Below are positions 43,870 to 51,599 of a DNA stretch of 51,599 nt, piece after piece (position 1 is the first letter of the stretch; each line of letters begins with the position of its first letter). The DNA is from Candidatus Methylomirabilales bacterium (GTDB lineage Bacteria > Methylomirabilota > Methylomirabilia > Methylomirabilales > CSP1-5), in NCBI GenBank assembly GCA_046758505.1, contig JBHIAH010000012.1, positions 1 through 51,599 on the forward strand, written 5' to 3'. The translations under genes were made by a program, and so were the position numbers. The notes beneath the pieces are model-generated. The model did no database searches. It saw only the letters and a list, made by a program, of their open reading frames with translations, and had not been told where the DNA came from.

Positions 43870-44762
43870 TCCGCTCCTGCCAGCGAGAGCTCGGCACGGA
43901 GCCGGGCGGATAGCTCTCGAACTGCCTGACCCGCGGCAGTCTCTGGAAATTCCACGACGTAGGGGCTCCCCCGATCGGCGCAGCGCGCAATCCGGGGGTC
44001 GAAAGGGATCCTCGCGAGCCGCTCAAGCCCTGTGGCCTCAGCTAGGGCACGGCTATCTCCCCCGAAGAGGTCTCCCACGGCGCCGCACGCCGAACAGAGG
44101 TAGCCCGCCATGTTCTCCACCAGCCCCAGGAGCCTCACGCCATGGGCCTTGGCCAACTCCACCGACCGCCCGACGACGAGGTGGGAAACCTCGGACGGGA
44201 TTGTGACGACCAGCGCCCCATCGAGATCAAGACTGAGCCCCGCGAGGGCGGGCAGCCTTGGTGCGCCGGGAGGCAAGTCCAATAGCAGGAGATCGAGTTC
44301 TCCCCAGGCCGTGTCGGAGAGGAACTCCCTGAGAGCGGTCACCTCCATGGTCTCGCGCCACACAAAGGCGTCCTGCTGGGTCGGGGCCTCCCACGTGAGA
44401 GGGACCCGGTCCTCAGGCAAGAACAGGTCCATGGAGAGCACCTTCACCCCCAGAGGTCCCTCCGCGGGGTGAAGCCCCTCGGGCGAGACCCTCAGGCGCT
44501 GGCCTCGAACGCCGAGAACCTTGGCCATGGAGGGCCCGTTGAGGTCAGCGTCCAGCACTCCCACTCGCCACCCCTCGGCCGCCAGAACCACGGCCAGGTT
44601 GGCGGTGACAACGCTCTTGCCGACACCTCCTTTTCCGCTCGTGACCGCCACCCTCTTCCGGACCCGTGCCATCCTGGCCCGGACGCGGCTCCCGATCTCC
44701 TCAACCTGGGCCAGGATGTTCGAGCCCCCGTCGCCCACGATGTCTCTGTACCGTTTAGGCAT
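43866..44762 (-). CDS. mrp: Mrp/NBP35 (ApbC) ATPase, second copy
   Basis: SGKGGVGKS, DADLNGP, DLPPG and ENMAGYLCSAC motifs. Confidence 0.9.
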   Translation of the reverse strand: MPKRYRDIVGDGGSNILAQVEEIGSRVRARMARVRKRVAVTSGKGGVGKSVVTANLAVVLAAEGWRVGVLDADLNGPSMAKVLGVRGQRLRVSPEGLHPAEGPLGVKVLSMDLFLPEDRVPLTWEAPTQQDAFVWRETMEVTALREFLSDTAWGELDLLLLDLPPGAPRLPALAGLSLDLDGALVVTIPSEVSHLVVGRSVELAKAHGVRLLGLVENMAGYLCSACGAVGDLFGGDSRALAEATGLERLARIPFDPRIARCADRGSPYVVEFPETAAGQAVRELSARLRAELSLAGAE

Positions 44763-45060
44763 CCTTAGTCGGCCTTCCTTTCCCTGCTCTCAGATGTCGT
44801 CAAAGGCCAGGCTGGTCAAGCGCCTGGTCCGCCCTCCGCACTGCAGGGCATCGAGGCGTCGTCGAGGGAGTTAGTCTGAACGGTTTCGGACCCCCACGTT
44901 GCTGGGTACTTTGACCGTTCGGGTGGCCTTAGATCCAGGAGCGTTTGACTCAATTCGATGATCCGATCGTACTAGCCGCATACTTTCTGCTCCGAGGTCG
45001 TGTCGTGCCTGATACAGACGCACTATAAAAATAGGCATCCGTGGGGTTGTATGCGGCCGG

Positions 45061-45330
45061 AAGGCGTCCTGCTGGGTCAAGGCCTTCCACAGGAGGGGCA
45101 CCCGGTCCTGACGCAAGCACAGGTCGCATGGAGAGGACCTTAACCCCCAGAGTCCCTCCGCGGGGTGAAGCTCCTCGGCAGAGAGCCTGAGCCGTTGGCC
45201 TCGGACTCCGAGGACGTTGGCCATGGTGGGCCCGTCGAGGTCGGTGTCCAGCACTCCCACCCGCCACCCCTCGGCCGCCGGAACCGCGGCCAGGTTGGCA
45301 CTGAAGACGCTCTTGCCGACGCCCCTCCGT
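45061..45330 (-). pseudogene. Degenerate fragment duplicating the N-terminal half of the adjacent Mrp gene
   Basis: GVGKSVFSANLAAVPAAEGWRVGVLDTDLDGPTMANVLGVRGQRL...TQQDAF is colinear with ~44365-44630. It has no proper start and carries compensating -1/+1 indels near 45125-45150. Confidence 0.85.
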
Positions 45331-45347
45331 CAAAGACAACTCGCTCA

Positions 45348-46004
45348 CTACGCATCAGTGGGCGGCACGAGTCCGTGCTTCACCGCGTAAATAGCTGCCT
45401 GAACTCGATTCTCGAGGTGAAGCTTCTCCATGATGTTACCTAGGTGCTTCTTCACCGTCGCCTCGCTGATCGACAGCTCGGCCGCAATTTCCTTATTGGC
45501 CTGGCCACGGGCCAGGAACTCGAGGATTTGGCGCTCCCGCGTGGTGAGCCCGGTCCCAGAGCGCAGCTCCTCGCGCACCGTGCGTGCGAACTCCGTCAAG
45601 ATCTTGGCCGCGGTGGACCGGGAGATGGGAGGCTCGCCGCGCGAGATACCACGAAGAATCTCCAAGAGCTCCTCCGGCTTGATGTCCTTCAGTAGATATC
45701 CTTCGGCCCCAGCCTTGACGGCCTCGAAGACGTGTCGGTCTTCCGCGGCGACGGTAAGGATCACGATCTTCACGCGGGGCAGCTCCGCTTTGATCTGCTT
45801 CGTGGCCTCGAAGCCATTGAGCTCCGGCATGTAAATGTCCATAAGGATCAGGTCGGGGAGGAGTTCCCGGGCCTTTTCAACCGCCTCCTTGCCATCCGAG
45901 GCCATTCCCACCACCTTAAGGCCCTCCTTCCTGGTCAGGAAGTTCGCCAGGCTCTCGCGGAACAACGTCTGGTCATCGGCCAGAAGGATACGGATAGGAT
46001 CCAC
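45348..46004 (-). CDS. NarL/LuxR-family response regulator
   Basis: LADDQ, MDIYMP, GYLLKD and LTTRERQIL..NKEIAAEL..TVKKH motifs. Confidence 0.95.
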   Translation of the reverse strand: MDPIRILLADDQTLFRESLANFLTRKEGLKVVGMASDGKEAVEKARELLPDLILMDIYMPELNGFEATKQIKAELPRVKIVILTVAAEDRHVFEAVKAGAEGYLLKDIKPEELLEILRGISRGEPPISRSTAAKILTEFARTVREELRSGTGLTTRERQILEFLARGQANKEIAAELSISEATVKKHLGNIMEKLHLENRVQAAIYAVKHGLVPPTDA

Positions 46005-46013
46005 GGCTGACGC

Positions 46014-47972
46014 TCAGCGGTTGAGGGGGAGCCGGATCCTGACCTTCGTCCCCCGGCCGGGTGCTGAGTGGATCTGCAAGTCGCCCCCCACGGAGCGCGC
46101 CCGCTCCCGCATCGTCTGAAGGCCGAAGCCCCGGCGCCCCCCTGCGGAAGCAACCGTCGGGTCGAAGCCCCGGCCGTCGTCCCCGACCTCCACCTCAAGG
46201 TGGTCCGTGCCGGTCACCACGGTGACCCAGGCCCGGGTGGCCGAGGAATGCTTCCGACTGTTGGCCAGAGCCTCCTGAAGGATGCGCACCAATTGGATTT
46301 CGGCATCCGGGGCCACACGAACTTCCCCCTCGCCCTCGACCCGCAGGTCTACCGGAAGGCCACTCCCGAGGCTGAAGTCGTGCAGGTACTCCCCCAGGGT
46401 GGGAATGAGGCCGAGCTGCCGGGTCACCATCATGCGGAGCCCGAAGATCGCCTGTCGGACTTCCTGATAGGCCTTATGGGCGATACCCTCGATCTCGGTG
46501 AGGGCGTGGCGCTCGGACATATCGTCGGCGCGCGCCTTGACCAAGATCACTCCCAGCGCCTGGGCCAGCCCATCGTGCATCTCCCGGGCTAGGCGCTCAC
46601 GCTCCTCCAACACGGCGGCAGTCTGAGCCTGAGCGTAAAGCTGCGCGTTTTCGATGGCGACCGCCGCGAGATGGGCGACGCTGCTCAGCAGCACGAGGTA
46701 ATCATCGTCAAAGCGTCGCGGCGCGCGGTACGACGCGAGAAGGACGCCGATGACATCTTTGCCGCGGCGGAGCGGCACGGCGGCTGCTGACGCCACTTCG
46801 TACGAGGTCAGGAAAGGGTCGAGCCCACCGCCGGGCACGATCTCCGCCGCCTCCTCGATCACCAGCGGCTGGCCCTCGCTCAGGACGCGTCCGGCGAGCC
46901 CCTCCCCCGACTTCAGACGGATCTGGCCTGGCGCCTGGCCAGCCGGGCCCAAACCCCTCCACACGACGTCCCCCGTCTCCCCGTCGGCGAGCGCGAGCCC
47001 GACGAGGTCCGCGCCAGTCAGGCGCCGCGTGTGAGCGAGAGTCGACTCGATGACGGGGGTTAAGCGCAGGAGCGCCGAAATCTCGGTGCCCATGCGGTAG
47101 AGCACTTCGGCCTCTCTGACCTTGCGCTCCAGCCGCTGGTTGACGGCCCGCAACTGCCGCTCGTGCTCGCTGAGCTGGCGCGCCATGACGTTGAATGAGT
47201 GCGCGAGCTGTCCAATCTCGTCGCTCGAGGCGACCTTCACCCGTTGACCGAAGTCCCCACGGGCGATCGCCAGCGCCGAGGCCCCCATCTCCTTGAGCGG
47301 CAAGACCACCGCCCGGCGCACGAGCCGGCTCGCACTGGCGAGAAGCAGGCTCCCGAGGATCAGAAAGGCCAGGTAGAGAGCAGCGATGAGACGCATTCGG
47401 TCCTGGCTGCTCTCGATGAGGCGCTTGATCTTGATCTGGTGGATCTCGTTCATGGCGCTGGCCTGGAGCGGCATGGTTTGAATCAGAAGCGAAAGGCGCT
47501 CGAGGTCGCTGCCAGAAGTCGGTGTTCCGCCCGCCACCGCGCCCACGATCTCCTCCGACAGGAAGATCAATGCTGACACCGTTTCTCGCGTCTGCCGGTA
47601 CGCCTGCAGCTCTTTCTCTCTCTCGGGAAAGTTTCCCGCCTGTCGCTCCAGCTCCTCGTACTGGGCCATTCGGAGCCGAACGGTCCCGACCAGGTCCGCG
47701 TAAAACGATGGCTCCCGGACTTCTCCGCGGATGAGGGCGTCCCGGATTGCCGCCGCCACGTGGTGAAGGGCCACGTGGATCCCGTCCGTGACCTCGATGT
47801 GTCGCGTCTGTTCCTGGACCTCGGTGGTGCTCCGGTAGATGGAGTAGGCAGAGAGGAGTGAGACCGCCCCGACGAGGAGCACCAGGCCGTACCCGAGCGC
47901 CAGCGCGAGGCTCAGCCGCTTCCCGATCCTGCCGGGAAACTGCCGCCTGACCTCGTTCTCGTCCGAAAGCAA
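46014..47972 (-). CDS. NarX/NarQ-type sensor kinase (periplasmic helical bundle, HAMP, GAF, HisKA_3)
   Basis: ERERLAREMHDGLAQ, QEALANSRKH, DDGRGF and GFGLQTMRER motifs. TTG 47972 with GGGGAGG upstream chosen as start (uncertain). Confidence 0.9.
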   Translation of the reverse strand: MLSDENEVRRQFPGRIGKRLSLALALGYGLVLLVGAVSLLSAYSIYRSTTEVQEQTRHIEVTDGIHVALHHVAAAIRDALIRGEVREPSFYADLVGTVRLRMAQYEELERQAGNFPEREKELQAYRQTRETVSALIFLSEEIVGAVAGGTPTSGSDLERLSLLIQTMPLQASAMNEIHQIKIKRLIESSQDRMRLIAALYLAFLILGSLLLASASRLVRRAVVLPLKEMGASALAIARGDFGQRVKVASSDEIGQLAHSFNVMARQLSEHERQLRAVNQRLERKVREAEVLYRMGTEISALLRLTPVIESTLAHTRRLTGADLVGLALADGETGDVVWRGLGPAGQAPGQIRLKSGEGLAGRVLSEGQPLVIEEAAEIVPGGGLDPFLTSYEVASAAAVPLRRGKDVIGVLLASYRAPRRFDDDYLVLLSSVAHLAAVAIENAQLYAQAQTAAVLEERERLAREMHDGLAQALGVILVKARADDMSERHALTEIEGIAHKAYQEVRQAIFGLRMMVTRQLGLIPTLGEYLHDFSLGSGLPVDLRVEGEGEVRVAPDAEIQLVRILQEALANSRKHSSATRAWVTVVTGTDHLEVEVGDDGRGFDPTVASAGGRRGFGLQTMRERARSVGGDLQIHSAPGRGTKVRIRLPLNR

Positions 47973-48189
47973 AAGACCCGCCTCCCCTCGCACGAAGCTC
48001 AGGCCTGGACAATTATACTCCCCCGGCTTACGGGAGGGCGACCGCGTGCCTGGGTGCAGGTGGGCTCGGTCCTCCCAGCCTTCACGCCCGGGAGGACGAG
48101 CCTTACGCGGAAATTCCGGGCATTCTTCAGAGTGGGAGCCGAAGGCCCGTCTCCCCGCCCCTCCTCCCCGTGGCGCTCCTACCACTTCA

Positions 48190-48516
48190 TCTCTCGGTAG
48201 CTCTCACCCCCTCGCCGCGCCCTGCGTAGTTCAGAGCTTGAAGCTCCGCCTGGTGAAATCGCGCGGCCGGGGGAAGAGAAACTCCGCGGCCGGGCCATCC
48301 TCCCCCTCCCTTCCGGGCCATGGCAGCCGGCACAGCGGCGCTCACAGAGGGCCTACCCCTCTCGGGGTTGCCGGTGAGTCCGGGCCGGCCGGATGACAAG
48401 GGGGCTAACGCTGAGGAAGAAGCTCAAGGCAAGCGCAGAAAGGCCTCGCGCCCGAACCTCTGCCTGGACGGATCAACGGCATCTCCACGAAGAGGAACCC
48501 CCGGGGGAGGCGTCAG
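48190..48516 (-). pseudogene. Frameshifted remnant of the 5' end of the triheme/EB_dh cytochrome gene (copy of ~34750-35046)
   Basis: DNA similarity includes CAGCHG (ccatggcagccggcaca) and PRPRDFT coding blocks, broken by indels. Confidence 0.8.
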
Positions 48517-48692
48517 GGCGTTCCGCGGCAGATGAGGTGATGGGTGCCCAGCGTCCCCTCTTGCCTCCCCGGCGAATCCTGTTTCCTGGCTTCAAACTCT
48601 ATGTACCCGTCGAAGGTCATCTCTTGGGGCCGGGCCGGCGCACCGAACAGCAGCACGGGACCCAGCGCCACAACCCCTCCCCTCATTTTCAC
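48513..48692 (-). pseudogene. Chimeric 59-aa remnant: porin N-terminus fused in frame to the FG-GAP protein C-terminus
   Basis: Translates MKMRGGVVALG...QEMTFDGYIEFEARKQDSPGRQEGTLGTHH|LICRGTP*, versus porin QEMIFHGYIDFEARNQDHAGRAEGIFDNHH and FG-GAP end LISRGTP*. Confidence 0.85.
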
Positions 48693-48846
48693 GAGGCGCT
48701 CCTCCTTCGCTTGAGCCCGTGCGATGGTGCCCAGGGACTCGTCTGATCCCCGCTACGCTCTCTCGCCTCTCGCCCGCCTCGCCTTCCCACCCCCCTCCGG
48801 ATTTCCGTTCCTCGATGCACGTTGACGGCCTATCTCCGGGAACGGA

Positions 48847-49470
48847 TCAAAAACGCTTGGACAGGATTTCGTCAACCCGCCGAGCCGCCGCCCGGAACCG
48901 GTCGGGATCCGGAGGCTTGTTCCCGAAGCCAAAGGCCGCCGGGCGCCCGAGGGCTTTCAAAGCCTCTTTGAAGGTCTTCCGCACTGCCGCGTCGTCCGCC
49001 GGCTCCGCGTTCTTCACCAGAGGGGCCAGGATGGCGTAGTACTGCTTGGCATGCCCCAGGAGGGCCTTCGCCTTCCCGAACTCCCCCAGACGGGCCTCGG
49101 CATTTTCGAGGTTGTGCCTGATCAGGAAAAAGAAGATCCGGTGAAACCCTTCGAGCAGGGATTTGGCGTGGTGGCTCTGATCCGCCCCCGCGCGCCCCGC
49201 CCGGATGGCGGCTTCCATGGGGCGCAGGAGACCCGCGCTGTACTCCTCGTCCATCTTCGCCACTACACTCCTGATCTTGCCGAACCGCTTCTCGACCTCC
49301 TTCCACCGTATCGGGCTGGCTTTCAAGGCCCTATTGACTGCCTTGTAGGCCTGGATGACCGGATCCTTTGCCGCCCCGTTGCCATGCCCCCAGGACCAGG
49401 GGACACGAACGACGCCGGTAACCCCGAGTATGAGGACCACCACAAGCCAGAGTCCGTATCGTCCTTTCAC
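48847..49470 (-). CDS. Exported alpha-helical protein of unknown function (copy 2)
   Basis: GTG 49470 after GGAGG gives the same 624-nt length as 37948..38571, with long identical stretches (KDPVIQAYKA, EKRFGKIR, FFFLIRH, PPDPDRFRAAA). Confidence 0.82.
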   Translation of the reverse strand: MKGRYGLWLVVVLILGVTGVVRVPWSWGHGNGAAKDPVIQAYKAVNRALKASPIRWKEVEKRFGKIRSVVAKMDEEYSAGLLRPMEAAIRAGRAGADQSHHAKSLLEGFHRIFFFLIRHNLENAEARLGEFGKAKALLGHAKQYYAILAPLVKNAEPADDAAVRKTFKEALKALGRPAAFGFGNKPPDPDRFRAAARRVDEILSKRF

Positions 49471-49702
49471 GCTCCTCCCTCCCATCTTTGGCTTTTCACC
49501 CCGCTCGGACACCCTCGGCCCCCACGTTGGGCGAGCGTCCGCCGCTACGTGAGCGTCTTTGTGATCACCCGACCCCGAATCGGTGGGCCTGACTAAACTT
49601 ACTCGTGGTGCTGAGCCGCTCCGGGACCCGTCAACCGAAACTCGACCCAGTCGTCACGTGACTCGGGACGCACGTCGTCCCCCACGCGTCGCCGGGCTGC
49701 AC

Positions 49703-51217
49703 TCACCGCGAAGTCATCATATACGCCACGAGGGCCCTCAGCTGGTCATCCGTCAGCCCTAAGGTCGGCACGATGGGGTGAGTGTCCACAGTTCCGCTGC
49801 CGCCCCGAAGCCAGAAGAGCAGATGGTCAGGCTTCAGACGCTCCCCGACCCGGCTGAGATCAGGGCCCTCGAACTTGGCGGCGGTGGGACCGCTCCGGCT
49901 GGGTCCTCCCCCGCGATGGCACGAGGCGCAATTCCAGGTGCTATAGAGTGCCCTCCCCTCCTCCACCATTTTACGTGGAGCTGGGCTGCGCCACCACTGA
50001 GCCATGTTGGGCATTTTCTGGCTCATGAGAAAGGCGGCGATGGCCTCCGCCTCCTGGCGGGAGAGCTTGAAATCCGGCATCCTCGCCGGGGCGCCGATGA
50101 TATACCCGACGGGACGGATCCGCGTGGGGTTCAGGAGAAAGTCGACCAGCCACTCGCCACGCACCCGACTCCCCTGGTGAGCCAGGGGCGGCGCCACCTC
50201 ATGACGCTCGTGCATCCGACCGACGTCGTGGCACCCCGCGCAGTTCAGGTTCTGCATCAGCGCCCACCCATCTCCCGTTGTGACATCCGGGTGCCGCTTC
50301 CTAGCCTCGGCATAGCGCGGCGAGTTCGTCTCAGGCCCCAGATTCAGCAGATAGTCCCGCAGGGCAATAATTTGCCGCTCTTCGTCCCCCCCGAGGATGT
50401 CGTCCGGGCCGGACTCGGCGTCAGAGAAATAGGTTGGCATCTTTGTTCCCTGCTGGATCCGCTGGGGGTCCATGAGCCAGCGCACGATCCACTCTGGTCG
50501 CAAGCGGCTCCTCGCCAGAGTCAGGTCTGGAGCCCACTCCTCAGGGTCTCCCTGTGGTTTCCTGTCACCGACCTCGTGGCATTTGAAGCAGTCGAGGTAC
50601 TCTTCCGAGGCGAGCCGGACCCCCACCTCGAGGTCCTCCCGGGGGGTCTGGGCTCGATATCGCCCGCGAAGGGGAGGCAGCGACCTGCTGCGCAGGTCCG
50701 TCACGATGTGGTCGGTAAGGGCGAGCGCTTCGCGCTCCGAAAATCGGAAGTTCGGCATTCGAGCGCTTATCGATGGCCGGATCCGGTGCGGCCCTTTCAG
50801 GAAATCGAAGAGCCACTCAGGTTTGACCTTGTCACCCTCGAAGCTGAGGTCTGGGGCTATTGCGTGGTGACCGTCGTGGTGTTCGTGCTTGATCTCCTCC
50901 GAGACCAGGTGGCAGGCGTTACAGTGCAACTCAACGACGAGCTGCCTTCCTCGCTCCTCCAGCGGAGCGCCGTGGGGTCTATGTTCCGCATGCCCCTCCA
51001 TTCGGTGGTCGGCATGGTCCCCCCCGTGCCCGCGGTGATCGGGGAGGGCCCCGTGGGCCTCCTGCCCACTATGCCCCTGTTCTCTTTGCTCCCGGTGCCC
51101 GGCCGATCCGGGTTGTCGCTCATGCCCACTTGCGCCAGAGGACAGGAGAAGCCCAGCTGCCCCGATGAGAAGGAAGAGAAGGAAACAGCGCCACCATGGT
51201 CCCGTATCCCACCCCAT
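49703..51217 (-). CDS. Exported tetraheme cytochrome c (four tandem class-I-like domains) with His-rich N-terminus
   Basis: ATG 51217 after GGAGG; signal peptide; His-rich linker; CNACH, CFKCH, CAGCH and CASCH each followed by (A/G)P(D/P)L. Confidence 0.9.
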   Translation of the reverse strand: MGWDTGPWWRCFLLFLLIGAAGLLLSSGASGHERQPGSAGHREQREQGHSGQEAHGALPDHRGHGGDHADHRMEGHAEHRPHGAPLEERGRQLVVELHCNACHLVSEEIKHEHHDGHHAIAPDLSFEGDKVKPEWLFDFLKGPHRIRPSISARMPNFRFSEREALALTDHIVTDLRSRSLPPLRGRYRAQTPREDLEVGVRLASEEYLDCFKCHEVGDRKPQGDPEEWAPDLTLARSRLRPEWIVRWLMDPQRIQQGTKMPTYFSDAESGPDDILGGDEERQIIALRDYLLNLGPETNSPRYAEARKRHPDVTTGDGWALMQNLNCAGCHDVGRMHERHEVAPPLAHQGSRVRGEWLVDFLLNPTRIRPVGYIIGAPARMPDFKLSRQEAEAIAAFLMSQKMPNMAQWWRSPAPRKMVEEGRALYSTWNCASCHRGGGPSRSGPTAAKFEGPDLSRVGERLKPDHLLFWLRGGSGTVDTHPIVPTLGLTDDQLRALVAYMMTSR

Positions 51218-51425
51218 CGCATCCTCCCTAATAGGGCTCCAAGAATTCACCCTCACCGCCAGATAACGAAACCCAGCGGCTTGCTTCGCGGCTCGTGACC
51301 CACGAGGCCGCGGAGAAGCACGGCCGTTGCCAGGACGCACGGCTCGCCCACCAGAGGCGTCACGTCTTCATTCCAGAATGCCTGCCGCTGGCTAGAGTCG
51401 TAAATTCCTCAGAGGTTGACCTGCG

Positions 51426-51481
51426 AGGGCTACGAAGGGCTACTGGGCGGTAGCCGAAAGGAGTAGGGAGGTATAGCCGAA
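51426..51481. promoter_or_regulatory. Cluster of short direct/inverted repeats upstream of the tetraheme gene (possible regulator sites)
   Basis: AGGGCTAC twice at 10-bp spacing, GGCTAC/GTAGCC inverted pair, TAGCCGAA twice. Confidence 0.35.
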
Positions 51482-51599
51482 GTTAAGCGCCCTCTGCTTC
51501 GGTGCCCGCGGGAGGCAAAGCGCTCGTGAGGGGGTGTTGTCGACCCAGATCACTCTCGAAGCTGACTATGTGGTGCGAGTGGTGGTGGACCTGGCAAAT

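Noticed and set aside
44871..45260. 129-aa ORF as a functional third Mrp
   Set aside because: It lacks the P-loop start and the C-terminal half and contains indels; treated as a pseudogene fragment.
49653..49662. Palindrome GTCACGTGAC between the tetraheme and helical-protein genes
   Set aside because: Short, single, and plausible by chance.
1..51599. rRNA, tRNA, CRISPR arrays, transposases/integrases
   Set aside because: No such signatures or regularly spaced repeats were seen. The duplications found are degenerate gene or promoter copies.

Overview
High-GC bacterial DNA from a diderm (it encodes a porin and Tat/Sec-exported redox proteins). The gene content is reminiscent of Methylomirabilota/Rokubacteria/Nitrospinota-Tectomicrobia-like lineages, but taxonomy is only inferred. 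All credible genes lie on the minus strand, and the long plus-strand ORFs are antisense shadows. In transcription order (right to left) the window holds: (1) a His-rich tetraheme cytochrome c and a decayed partial copy of a porin-cytochrome operon; (2) a NarX/NarL-type two-component pair, Mrp/ApbC genes and a sigma-54 two-component pair; (3) a ~19 kb sigma-54-driven redox cluster with three cupredoxin-type proteins, an exported helical protein, a porin, an FG-GAP protein, three cytochrome c/EB_dh-domain proteins, an FAD oxidoreductase, a GT-C glycosyltransferase, an MFS/spermidine-synthase fusion and a CydA-like 'bd-like' subunit without CydB; (4) an MBL hydrolase, an Fe3+/polyamine-family ABC importer and a truncated mutase; (5) an AioX/S/R-like oxyanion-sensing triad upstream of a Tat-exported Mo/W-bisPGD oxidoreductase operon wired to a monoheme cytochrome, a second CydA-like protein and a diheme cytochrome; (6) a strongly divergent split B12-dependent acyl-CoA mutase, a DUF2892 gene with in-frame UGA codons plus a SECIS-like hairpin (candidate selenoprotein), and a U32-family gene cut by the window edge. 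No rRNA, tRNA, CRISPR array or transposase was recognised. All family assignments come from motif recognition by eye, not database searches.
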